The notes under the pieces are model-generated. The model was not told the DNA's origin. It worked only from the letters and a program-made list of their open reading frames with translations, and did not search any database. From Polyangiaceae bacterium (lineage in GTDB: Bacteria > Myxococcota_A > Polyangia > Polyangiales > Polyangiaceae): 64,000 nucleotides of DNA. Position numbers and translations under genes: made by a program. Location: NCBI GenBank assembly GCA_044222475.1, contig JBGANF010000010.1, positions 1 through 64,000 of the forward strand. The letters run 5' to 3'. Of this stretch, positions 18,058 to 31,347 are shown in pieces (position 1 is the first letter of the stretch; each line of letters opens with the position of its first letter).

Positions 18058-19638
18058 CTACTTCTGGAGCTTCTCGACGGCCTTCGACAGCTCTTCGAGC
18101 GCCATCTCTTGGCCGTGCGCGCTCGCCTCGAGCGCGCCCATCGCGGAGAGGAGGGCCTCCACGGTCTTGTGGGAGCCCTTCTGCGTCACCGTCACGTTGC
18201 CGACCATCGTGCTGATGCTCTCGATCGCCGTCGACATCTGCCGGCTGCCCTTCGCCTGCTCCTGCGAGCTGCGCTCGACGTGCTGCGAGATGAGCCGCAT
18301 CTTCTCGGCGCTCTTCATGATGAGCTCGGAGCCGCGCGCCTGCTCGGCGGTGGCGGCAGCGATCTGCTGAACCGTCTCGGCGATGCGGCCGATGGCGTCG
18401 GTGACTTGCTTCGAGCCCTTCGCCTGCTCGACGGTGGCGCGCGCGATCGCTCGGACCATGTTCGTCGACTTTTGCGAGCTCTCGAGGATCTTCTTGAGCG
18501 CGCGCTCGGCTTCGTTCGAGACCTCGACGCCGCGGTCGACGTTGTGCGCGCCGCGCTCGACGGCGGAGATCGCGTTCTTCGACTCGGCCTGGACCGTCTT
18601 GATGAGGTCGGTGATCTCGCGCGTGCTCGCGCCGGCGCGCTCGGCGAGGTCCTTGATCTCGTCGGCGACGACCGCGAAGCCCTTGCCCTGCTCGCCGGCT
18701 TGGGCGGCGATGATCGCAGCGTTGAGCGCGAGCAGGTTCGTTTGCTCCGCGACGTCGTCGATGACGTTCACGATCTGACCGATCGCTTCGATGCGCGATC
18801 CGAGGTTCGAGATGACGCTCACCGCCTCTTGGGAGCTCTCCTTGATGCGGTAGATCTCGCTGATGGTCTTGAGGATCGCCTCTGCGCCCTTCTCGGCGTC
18901 GAGCGCGACCTCTTCGGACAGGCGCGCGGTCTCGTTCGCGTTGGACTGAACCTGGTCGATGGAGACGTCCATCTCGTTCATCGAGGAGCTGGTCTCTTCG
19001 GCGGTGAGCGAGAGCGCGTCGACGTTCTTGGCGACCTCCTTGATCGAGTAGGCCATCTCCTCGATCGAGCTCACGGTTTCGCGGACGCTGCCGGCGAGCT
19101 CGCCGATGTTCTCCGCGACTTCGTCGTTGGTCGCCGTCATCTGGAGGATCGACGAGCTGGATTCTTCGGCGGTGGTGGAGAGGCTCTCGACGTTGGTCCC
19201 GACGTCCTTGAGTGCGTTCGTCAGGTCGCGGACGAGCTTCGAAGTGTGCTCCACGCTGGCGAGCTGCTTCTCGACCTCGCCGCGCAGCTGCTCGGCGACC
19301 CCCTCGACGGCCTTGTCGAAGGTTTCGTGCGACTTCTCGCTGCGCTTCACGCCGTCGGCGAGCTTGGCGAGCTCGTCGTAGACACGCACGACCTCCGGAG
19401 GCGAGCCGTCCGGGGCGCGCACTTCGTCGCCGTCGGCGGCGCGGCGGACCGCGTCGGCGAGGCTGCCGACGTTCGCTCCCCCGCCGCCACCGCCGTAGAA
19501 CGCGATGACCGCGGCTGCCCCGACGCCGACCGCCATGACGGCGAACATCGAGGTGGTTCCGGCGTCCTTGACGACGAACGCCCCGACCAACGCGAGCGCG
19601 AGGACGGCGAACATGGGGCCGAGCTGTTTCGGATTCAT
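18058..19638 (-). CDS. Methyl-accepting chemotaxis protein
   Basis: Two N-terminal TMs, HAMP-like segment, [42 protein letters not shown] signature. Confidence 0.92.
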   Translation of the reverse strand: MNPKQLGPMFAVLALALVGAFVVKDAGTTSMFAVMAVGVGAAAVIAFYGGGGGGANVGSLADAVRRAADGDEVRAPDGSPPEVVRVYDELAKLADGVKRSEKSHETFDKAVEGVAEQLRGEVEKQLASVEHTSKLVRDLTNALKDVGTNVESLSTTAEESSSSILQMTATNDEVAENIGELAGSVRETVSSIEEMAYSIKEVAKNVDALSLTAEETSSSMNEMDVSIDQVQSNANETARLSEEVALDAEKGAEAILKTISEIYRIKESSQEAVSVISNLGSRIEAIGQIVNVIDDVAEQTNLLALNAAIIAAQAGEQGKGFAVVADEIKDLAERAGASTREITDLIKTVQAESKNAISAVERGAHNVDRGVEVSNEAERALKKILESSQKSTNMVRAIARATVEQAKGSKQVTDAIGRIAETVQQIAAATAEQARGSELIMKSAEKMRLISQHVERSSQEQAKGSRQMSTAIESISTMVGNVTVTQKGSHKTVEALLSAMGALEASAHGQEMALEELSKAVEKLQK

Positions 19639-19668
19639 TCGAAGGTCGCTGAGCGTACCAGCGCGGGA

Positions 19669-20667
19669 CTAGGCAAGTCGAGCGGTCGCAACCGGCTTCG
19701 ATTCCCTCCGCAGCCGAGCGAGCAGCGTCTCGAGCGCGACCGGGCTGGCGTCGATCCCGAGGAATTTCCGGCCGAGGCGGGCGGCGACGGCGAGCGTCGT
19801 CCCGCTTCCGGCGTACGGGTCGAGCACCCACTCGCCGGAATCCGAGAGGGCGGTGACGATCCGCTCGAGCAGCGCCTCGGGCTTCTGCGAGGGATACCCC
19901 GTGCGCTCCTTCGAGACCGGCGCGATGACGCCGATGTCCCAGACGTCCCCCATCGGTACACCGGGGGTTCGCTCTTTGGTCGTCTGCGAGCGGAGCCGCT
20001 TGCCGTCTTTGGCGAAGACCGCGCGCTGCTTTCCGGTGCCCCACGTCGCGAGCGTCGACGGAGCGAGCGGCTCGTAGAGCGGGTTGAAGCGCGGCGGGAC
20101 GTCGGGATCCTTGCGGTACCGAAGGAGCACGTCGTGGACGCGCTGGAAATTCGGCGTCTTGGCCGGCCATCGCCGGTATCGCCACACGATCTCGCTCGCG
20201 AACGCGTCGTCGCCGAAGATCTCGTCGCAGAGCACCTTGAGGTAGTGGCTCGTCTTCGGATCGACGTGCAGAACGACGCTGCCGTGGGGCGCGAGGAGCT
20301 CGCGCACGGCTTCGAGGCGCTGCCCGATCGAGTCGAGGTACGACGCCTTGTCCGCCCAGCGATCGTCGAAAGCAGCACGCATGGCCCGCACGCCTGCCGC
20401 CTTCGAAATCGCCTCATGGACTCGACCCGTGAGGAAGGGAGGGTCGAGATAAGCCAAGGTCACCTTGCCCGCGTGCGTTCGCTTGAGCGCGCGCAAGGTG
20501 GAGAGGTTGTCGCCGAAGAAGAGCGTGCTCCCGTCCGGCTGCTGGAGGACCGGCTCGCCCGGTGGCTTCGCGAGGCCGTCGGGAGGGTTTTCCCCTCGAC
20601 CTGCCCAACGAAGGGTCACCTGGCGCCGATCCGCGACTCTCACTGGGAAAATGGTACGAAGACCCAC
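19669..20667 (-). CDS. Site-specific DNA methyltransferase (N6-adenine, beta group), orphan
   Basis: GDNL, YLDPPF (motif IV), YPSQKPEALLERIV, DPYAGSGTT (motif I); start may be GTG 20643. Confidence 0.88.
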   Translation of the reverse strand: MGLRTIFPVRVADRRQVTLRWAGRGENPPDGLAKPPGEPVLQQPDGSTLFFGDNLSTLRALKRTHAGKVTLAYLDPPFLTGRVHEAISKAAGVRAMRAAFDDRWADKASYLDSIGQRLEAVRELLAPHGSVVLHVDPKTSHYLKVLCDEIFGDDAFASEIVWRYRRWPAKTPNFQRVHDVLLRYRKDPDVPPRFNPLYEPLAPSTLATWGTGKQRAVFAKDGKRLRSQTTKERTPGVPMGDVWDIGVIAPVSKERTGYPSQKPEALLERIVTALSDSGEWVLDPYAGSGTTLAVAARLGRKFLGIDASPVALETLLARLRRESKPVATARLA

Positions 20668-20692
20668 TCCGAACGGCCCAGTTTTCTACGAC

Positions 20693-21154
20693 ATGCACCT
20701 ACATCGCGGCCTCGTCCTCCTCTTCTTCGGCTGGTTTCTCGTGGGCTGCACCCACAAACCGGCGGATGCGACCCCCGAGGGGGCGGTACGCGAGTGGATC
20801 GACAAGATGGAGGCCGCGGCCGACGACGCCGAGTCGGCGAAGGCCGCGTACGAGATGCTCGGGCCGAAGGCGAAGCGGAACTTGGCCGACCGAGCCGAGC
20901 GGGCGAGCCGCATCCAGGGCCGGCACGTCGAAGCGGAGGACATGCTCGCGACGGGGAGGTTCGGGCTGCGGTTCCGACCGGAGTCGATGCACGCGAGCAT
21001 CACGGGAGACGACGCGACGGTCGACGTCGTGGGACCCGATCCGATCGCGCAGCACGCGGTGGTGAGCTGTCATCGAGAAGGCGAGCACTGGAGGGTGGAG
21101 CCCGACCTGCCCGACCAGGCGGACCTGCCGCATCGCCCCGACGCGGGGATGTGA
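20693..21154 (+). CDS. Hypothetical lipoprotein
   Basis: Lipobox LVGC, then TPEGAV...W.V pattern; ATG at 20693. Confidence 0.65.
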   Translation: MHLHRGLVLLFFGWFLVGCTHKPADATPEGAVREWIDKMEAAADDAESAKAAYEMLGPKAKRNLADRAERASRIQGRHVEAEDMLATGRFGLRFRPESMHASITGDDATVDVVGPDPIAQHAVVSCHREGEHWRVEPDLPDQADLPHRPDAGM

Positions 21155-21181
21155 ACCGCGCTCCGCGCGTATCGTGAGGGA

Positions 21182-21724
21182 GTGCGGATCACGCTCCTCG
21201 CAGTCCTCGGTCTCGTGGCGTGCGCCGAACGCGGCGCCGCTCCCCAAGTGGTGACGGTGGATGCGACGCCAGCGAACGACGCCGCGATCGCCAACCCGAA
21301 GCCGGCCACCGGCACGATCGCCGACGATGCCACCCGGTCCGACGACGAACGGTGCGCCGACGTGTTCGAGACGTTCCGCACCAAGATTCATCCCGGAGAC
21401 GACGCGGCGACGGTTCGCGCGGCGATCGGACCGATGACGTGGATGGGATCGGACGCTCCGGTCGACGTCCTCGGAGGGCACGTCCCGGTCGAGATGGTGC
21501 CTGGCGATCAGACCGTCGTCTTCATGTGCCTGTCGAAGCCGAATCCGAAGACCAACAACCTGCCGTGGAGTCGGTGGGTGATCTACGCGCGGCTCGAAGG
21601 GCGGAGCTCGCCGACGTTCGGAGCCTTTCTCCGCGCTGGCGGGTCGAAGAAGCTGATCGAGTACGCCCTGTGTCACTCACCGGACGACCAGCGGAGCGAC
21701 TGCGAGCATCTGCCGAAGCGTTGA
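21182..21724 (+). CDS. Hypothetical lipoprotein
   Basis: Signal MRITLLAVLGLVAC; fills the intergenic space. Confidence 0.6.
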   Translation: MRITLLAVLGLVACAERGAAPQVVTVDATPANDAAIANPKPATGTIADDATRSDDERCADVFETFRTKIHPGDDAATVRAAIGPMTWMGSDAPVDVLGGHVPVEMVPGDQTVVFMCLSKPNPKTNNLPWSRWVIYARLEGRSSPTFGAFLRAGGSKKLIEYALCHSPDDQRSDCEHLPKR

Positions 21725-21778
21725 ACGAACCTTCTGCCTCTTCCCCCCTGCCCCGTCCCGTCTTACCTTCCCCGCGTC

Positions 21779-22738
21779 ATGGCCCAGGACCTCTACGCAG
21801 TCCTCGGCGTCCCCAAGACCGCCGAAGCCGACGTCATCAAGAAAGCCTACCGTCGGCTCGCGAAGGATTTGCACCCCGACAAGAACCCCGGCAACGCCCA
21901 GGCGGAGTCGAAGTTCAAGGCCGTCAACCACGCCTACGAGGTCCTCGGGGACGACAAAAAGCGGAAGCTCTACGACGAGTTCGGCGAGGACGGCCTCCGC
22001 GAGGGCTTCGACCCGGAGCAGGCCCGCGCGTACAAGGCGTGGGGCGCACAGGCCGGCGGTCGCGGACGCGGCGGTGGGCGGCAGCGCGTGTCCGTGAACG
22101 GACAGGAGTTCGATTTCGAGGACCTCTTCGGCGCGCAATCGGCCGGAGGGGGTGACGTCTTCGGCGATCTCTTCGGCCGCGGTCGTCGGCGCGGGCCGAC
22201 CAAAGGCCAAGACTTCGAGAGTCAGGTCACCATCGACTTCGCGTCGTCCCTTCGTGGTACGTCGCTGGAGCTCCGCCCTCGCGGGACGGTGGGAACGCCC
22301 GTCACCGTGCGCATCCCGCCCGGCGCCGCCGAGGGGAGCCGCGTGCGCATCGCCGGCCAGGGCGCGCCCTCGTCCAACGGGGGCCCGCCGGGCGATCTGC
22401 TGCTGACGATTCACGTCCAACCGCACGCGCACTTTCACCGCGACGGAGACGACCTCCACCTCGACCTGCCGCTCACCGTGAGCGAGGCGCACTTCGGCAC
22501 GAAGCTCCGAATTCCGACCGTCGATGGCGAGGTGACGCTCAAGGTCCCGCCGAAGACCGAGGGCGGCCAGACGTTGCGCCTCAAGGGCAAGGGCGTCGCC
22601 CGCAAAGGCAAAGAGCCGGGCGACCTCTACGTCCGGTTCCTGCTCGTCCAGACCGCGAGCGGAGACGAGGCCGACGCTCTGATGGAGAAGCTTCGCGCGC
22701 TCGAAAAGGGCGATCCCCGCGCGGGCATCAAGCTGTAG
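21779..22738 (+). CDS. DnaJ-class (CbpA-like, type II) co-chaperone
   Basis: J domain with HPD, G/F-rich linker, C-terminal domain, no zinc finger. Confidence 0.9.
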   Translation: MAQDLYAVLGVPKTAEADVIKKAYRRLAKDLHPDKNPGNAQAESKFKAVNHAYEVLGDDKKRKLYDEFGEDGLREGFDPEQARAYKAWGAQAGGRGRGGGRQRVSVNGQEFDFEDLFGAQSAGGGDVFGDLFGRGRRRGPTKGQDFESQVTIDFASSLRGTSLELRPRGTVGTPVTVRIPPGAAEGSRVRIAGQGAPSSNGGPPGDLLLTIHVQPHAHFHRDGDDLHLDLPLTVSEAHFGTKLRIPTVDGEVTLKVPPKTEGGQTLRLKGKGVARKGKEPGDLYVRFLLVQTASGDEADALMEKLRALEKGDPRAGIKL

Positions 22739-22748
22739 CATCGGCTTC

Positions 22749-23873
22749 GTGCCCCGCTCCCGCAGCGTCATCACGCTCTCGATCGCCACCGTTCTGCTCG
22801 CCTCGTGCGGTGGAGGTGGCGCAACCCCCAAACCCGACGTCCCTACCACCACGACGAGCAGCGCCACGAAGGACCCCGGCGATGCGCCCCCGGCCAAGGA
22901 CTCCGGCGTCCTGCAGCTCGCGTGCGGCGACTTCCACACCTGCGCGCTGATGTCCGATCACACCGTGAAGTGCTGGGGTCGAAACCGCGGCGGCGAGCTC
23001 GGCGACGGAACGACGGAGGACAAGAAGCAGCCGGTCGCCGTCGCCGGCCTGTCCGACGTCGAGGAGATCGCGCTCGGTGCGAACAACACCTGCGCGCGAT
23101 TGAAGGACCGCAGCGTCAAGTGTTGGGGGACCGGGCGCCTCTTCAGCGCGAGCGCGATCACGACGAAGACGTCACCGACCTCGATCGCCGGCATCACCGA
23201 CGCCGTCGAGCTCAGGGCGGGCGGCTACATGACGTGCGCCCGTCTCGGCAGCGGTGCGGTGACGTGCTGGGGTCTCGAGAAGAAGCCCGGGGGCGAACCG
23301 AAGAACGCCGCGGCGATCGCGACCGCCGCGACCCACGCGTGCGCCACGCTCAAAGACGGAACGATCAAGTGCTGGGGTGACGGCGTCTGGGCGGACGGCA
23401 AGGGGACCTTCGCGAAGCCCGGCGTGAGCGGCGCCGAGCTCATCGGCACCGGTGACACGTTCGCGTGCGCCGTCACCGGGGGAACCGTGGCGTGCTGGGG
23501 TAGGAACGACTCGGGCGAGCTCGGCACGGCCGCCGACTTCGACGACCACGGCAAGCCCGTGCCGGTGCCCGGCGTGCGAGGCGTCAAGAAGATCTCGGCC
23601 GCGGAGGCGCACACGTGCGTGGTTCTCGGTGACGGATCGGTGACCTGCTGGGGAGACAACGCCGAGTCCGAGATGGGCCGCGGAACCCAGACGACGTCGG
23701 AGGCGCCGGGCCTCGTCACCGGCCTCGCCGGAGCGCTCGAGATCGCGGTCGGCACCGACCACGTGTGCGCGCGCACCGCGAGCGACGTCTACTGCTGGGG
23801 CAGCAACCGCGCGGGCCAGCTCGGTGACGGCACCACCGAGCGCCGAATGGTCCCGACCAAGGTTCGCTTCTGA
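22749..23873 (+). CDS. RCC1/BLIP-II repeat lipoprotein
   Basis: Lipobox LASC; repeated HTCA...VKCWG.N..GELG. Confidence 0.88.
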   Translation: MPRSRSVITLSIATVLLASCGGGGATPKPDVPTTTTSSATKDPGDAPPAKDSGVLQLACGDFHTCALMSDHTVKCWGRNRGGELGDGTTEDKKQPVAVAGLSDVEEIALGANNTCARLKDRSVKCWGTGRLFSASAITTKTSPTSIAGITDAVELRAGGYMTCARLGSGAVTCWGLEKKPGGEPKNAAAIATAATHACATLKDGTIKCWGDGVWADGKGTFAKPGVSGAELIGTGDTFACAVTGGTVACWGRNDSGELGTAADFDDHGKPVPVPGVRGVKKISAAEAHTCVVLGDGSVTCWGDNAESEMGRGTQTTSEAPGLVTGLAGALEIAVGTDHVCARTASDVYCWGSNRAGQLGDGTTERRMVPTKVRF

Positions 23874-23893
23874 CGCGCCACCTCCTCGAGATC

Positions 23894-25414
23894 ATGCCGA
23901 CGACGACCCGAAGCGAGCTCCTCGAGAACCTGTTCAGCGGCGAGATCTTCGCCGTCGTCCTCGCGCTGCTCCTCATCTTCATCAACGTCGCCGCGCTTCC
24001 GCGCGCGGACCGCCGCAGTGCGCGGCAGCCCATCGGCTTCCTGGTCCTGCACCTCACCCTCTACACGGTGTCGCGACTGTGGCGAAGCGACTCTCGCCTC
24101 CATCAGCTCCTCGTCGTCAGCGCCGTCCTGTTTCTGCTGGCCGCGATCGGGCGCGGGTTCGTCATCCTCGTGCTCGACGTCGGCCTCGGACGCCGTGGAA
24201 AGTCGCCTCTCCCGCGGATCATCCGCGATCTCGCTCAAGCGCTCGTCTACCTCATCGTCTTCATCGCGGCGCTGCGCGGGGCCGGGATCGACCCCGGCTC
24301 GCTCCTCACGACGTCGGCGCTCCTCACCGCGGTCATCGGTCTGTCCCTCCAAGAGACGCTCGGGAACGTGTTCGCGGGGCTCGCCATCCAGCTCCAGAGT
24401 CCGTTCGACGTGGGCGATTGGGTCCAGTTCGACGAGGACAAACGTCACGTCGGCAAGGTCCTCGAGATCGGCTGGCGTGCGACCAAGATCATCACCTCCG
24501 ACGACGTGGAGATCATGGTCCCCAACGGGACGCTCGCGAAGGTGCCGATCTCGAACTACTCGAAGCCGAGCACGATCTCGCGACGGTCGGTCTACGTCAC
24601 GCTCCCCTGTGGTCTCCCGCCACGAAAGGCGCATCGCGTACTCGCGGACGCGATTCGCGGCGCATGGGGCGTGCTCGAGTCGCCCGAGGCCCTGATCATC
24701 ACCAACAACTTCGCCGACTCGGGCGTCGAGTACTGCGCGCGATTCTGGACGCAAGAGTTCCACAAGCGCGAGATCGTCGATGGCGGAGTTCGCGATCGAA
24801 TCTGGTACGCGCTCTCGCGCGAAGGGATCGAGCTCGTCTATCCCGTGCGAGAGGTGTACCTCCACCAGGATCTCGACGAGAAGAAGCAGAAGGCTGCCAT
24901 CGAGCACGCCGAAGAGCGTCTCGACGATCTTCGGCGTGTCGACTTCCTGGCAGTCCTTCCGGACGAAGACCTCCGCGTCCTCGCCGACGGGACACGCCAG
25001 CGCCTGTACGCGGAGGGGGAGGTCGTCGTCAAACGAGGCGACCGGACGACGGATCTCTTCGTCGTGCACACGGGGAAGGTCCGAGTCGTGGTCCCAGGGG
25101 CGAAGGGAGAAGCGCCGGAGGAGGTCGCGCAGATCGGCCCAGGCCACTTCTTCGGCGAGATGGCGCTGATGACCGGCGAGCCGCGGCGGGCCACGATCAT
25201 CGCCGCCGAGGACAGCGAGCTCTACGTCATCGGCCACGCCGAGCTCCACGCCGTCCTGGCGAGTCATCCCGAGTTTGCCACGTCGATGGCCCGCACGATC
25301 GCCGAGCGCCAAGCGAAGCTCGACGCCCACGAGAGCGTGAAGGACCGAGAGAGCGTCGTCGACGAGCGCACCAACCAAATCCTCGACAAAGTGCGGAGCT
25401 TCTTCTCGCTTTGA
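23894..25414 (+). CDS. MscS-family mechanosensitive channel with C-terminal cyclic-nucleotide-binding domain
   Basis: TM helices, GLSLQETLGNVFAG...PFDVGDW...IGWRAT...VPN; cNMP motif FFGEMALMTGEPRRATI. Confidence 0.9.
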   Translation: MPTTTRSELLENLFSGEIFAVVLALLLIFINVAALPRADRRSARQPIGFLVLHLTLYTVSRLWRSDSRLHQLLVVSAVLFLLAAIGRGFVILVLDVGLGRRGKSPLPRIIRDLAQALVYLIVFIAALRGAGIDPGSLLTTSALLTAVIGLSLQETLGNVFAGLAIQLQSPFDVGDWVQFDEDKRHVGKVLEIGWRATKIITSDDVEIMVPNGTLAKVPISNYSKPSTISRRSVYVTLPCGLPPRKAHRVLADAIRGAWGVLESPEALIITNNFADSGVEYCARFWTQEFHKREIVDGGVRDRIWYALSREGIELVYPVREVYLHQDLDEKKQKAAIEHAEERLDDLRRVDFLAVLPDEDLRVLADGTRQRLYAEGEVVVKRGDRTTDLFVVHTGKVRVVVPGAKGEAPEEVAQIGPGHFFGEMALMTGEPRRATIIAAEDSELYVIGHAELHAVLASHPEFATSMARTIAERQAKLDAHESVKDRESVVDERTNQILDKVRSFFSL

Positions 25415-25435
25415 AGATCCACTAACCTCAGTGGG

Positions 25436-29319
<3,884 letters not shown>

Positions 29320-29323
<4 letters not shown>

Positions 29324-30801
29324 TGCGACCTCACGCGTTTTTCGGGTTCGTCCTCGCCGCCGCGATCGTGGCGAGCTGCCGCGAGCCGACGACGATCCTG
29401 CTCCAGATCTCGACCGACGTCGACTGCGCCACCGTGCAGAAGCAGAAGGTCGTCCTGCGGATCGGGACGCGCGACGCGATCAAAGCCGGCCAAGGACAGA
29501 CCACCGAGGCGACGACGTGCGACGCGAACGGCGACGTCGGGACGTTGACCGTCATCCCCAGCGGGGACGAGAGCAGCCCGGTCGTCATCTCGGTCGTGCT
29601 CGGCACGGTCGGGGCGAGCGCCGCGTGCACCCCCGGCGCCCCCGGCTGCATCGTCGCCTCGCGGTCGATCGGCTACGTGGGCCACACCACGCTGAAGCTC
29701 CCCATCAAGCTCACCAAGAGCTGCATCGGAGTTCCGTGCGGGTTCGATCAGACCTGCGTCGCGGGGACCTGTGTCTCGAACGAGGTGCGGGCGTGCCCGA
29801 ACGACGTCTGCGACGAAGGCTCGCTGTCGCCGATCGACGCGGGCGTCGACGCGCCGGTCGACGCGGGAACGCTCTGCAACGGAGTCTCCGTCGATCTGTC
29901 CTCGGACCCCGTTCACTGCGGAGCGTGCAACTTCGACTGCACCGGGAGCAAGACCTGCGTGAACGGGGTGTGCATCCTCGGCATCGGCAACGCGGATCCG
30001 CTCGGTGAGATCGCCATCGACGCCACTCAGGTCGTGTGGACCGGCGGCGCGACGCCGGTCAATCGGGTCCCGAAGAACGGCGGAACGCCCACGGCCATCT
30101 TCACGCCGACCGGCGGGGACACCGTCTTCGGCCTCGACTACTCGAAGGCGACGAACGACTTCCGCTTCGCTGACAACGTACCGTCCAACAAGGTTGCGTT
30201 CTACGGCTGGTCCGGCACCACAGCGACGCCGTTCCTCAGCTCGAACGGCACCGCCGACGCCCGCGAGCTCATCGCCGACGGTACGTCCGTGATCTGGCGC
30301 GACGCGCTCAGCGGCTCGCTCCGGCGCGACTCCACGCTGATCGCGATCGCCTCCAACCCGCCGGTCCTGCACATCGCCGTCACGAAGAGCTACTTCGTCG
30401 CCCTCGCCGCTTCCGGCGTGTTCTGGACGCCGAGAGGACAGAGCTCCCCGACTCTCACCGTGTTGAACGCCGGCGCGTGGATCGCAGGCGACCCATCGAG
30501 CGACGCGGTCTACGTGAGCACGACGAGCGGGATCGCGAAGGCCAACTCGATCGCGCTCGATGCGTTCAAGACGCTCGTTCCGACGCCCGCCCCGGGGCGC
30601 ATCTTCTACGACTCGATCAAGAGTCGCATCATCTGGGTCGGCAACGGCAACACCATCCTCGAGGCGGATGCCTCGGGCACGAACGTCCGGACCGACCTCG
30701 CCGCGAGCCAAGGCTTCGGTCCGATCGGCGACCTCGTGGCGGACGACGGTGCAGTGTATTTCCTGTCCAAAGGGTTGCCGCACAAAGTCTCTCGAAAGTA
30801 G
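29320..30801 (+). CDS. Cys-rich myxobacterial lipoprotein with C-terminal beta-propeller-like region
   Basis: Lipobox ASC-REPT, Cys-rich modules (DPVHCGACNFDC), DAG linker; overlaps the xdh stop. Confidence 0.7.
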
Positions 30802-30833
30802 CGCTCGGGCCCCGGTCGACTACGATGCGGGGC

Positions 30834-31280
30834 ATGGCTCGCCTCGCCGATCCGCTCGATGGTTTCGATCACGATCACGCATCGCTCAGCGACGCGCTCG
30901 AGAGTCTCGTCGCCGCGCGCCGCGCCGGCGCCGAGGGCCCCGATCTCGTCGAGCACGCCGAGCGCCTCCGGGACGAGTTCCTCGATCACTTCGGCGACGA
31001 AGAGGAGCACCTCTTTCCCGAGCTCGCGAAGCTGGTCCCTTCGGCCGCGCCAGAGCTCGACGAGCTGCAGAAAGCACACGACACGCTGTGTGGGCTTGCC
31101 GTGCGCATCGCCGTCGCGACCGAGACGAGCCCCACCCAGATCGACGCGCTGCTCGAGCGCCTCGACGCCGCGTACCGCCAGCATGCGCGCCGCGAGATCG
31201 AGGTGCTGCGGGGAAACCTCGGAAAGCTGTCGCCCGAGCAGCGCGCCGGCCTCCTCGAGCGCCTGCGTTCGAGTTCCTGA
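30834..31280 (+). CDS. Hemerythrin (HHE) domain protein
   Basis: DH...HFGDEEEHLFP...H...HARRE pattern; ATG at 30834. Confidence 0.8.
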   Translation: MARLADPLDGFDHDHASLSDALESLVAARRAGAEGPDLVEHAERLRDEFLDHFGDEEEHLFPELAKLVPSAAPELDELQKAHDTLCGLAVRIAVATETSPTQIDALLERLDAAYRQHARREIEVLRGNLGKLSPEQRAGLLERLRSSS

Positions 31281-31310
31281 GCACCCGCTCAGTGATGCGA
31301 CTGGGTTCTT

Positions 31311-31329
31311 ATTGCAACTGAATTGCGTC
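31311..31329. promoter_or_regulatory. AT-rich imperfect palindrome (TGCAA-N5-TTGCG), candidate Fur-family metalloregulator box
   Basis: ATTGCAACTGAATTGCGTC in an AT-rich patch about 20-35 bp upstream of the TBDR start. Confidence 0.5.
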
Positions 31330-31347
31330 TAGGTTATTCGTCCCTTC

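Noticed and set aside
16174..21177. Apparent 1667-aa giant histidine kinase ORF
   Set aside because: Only the first ~467 aa are real. After the frameshift the ORF runs out of frame and then antisense through the MCP and methyltransferase genes.
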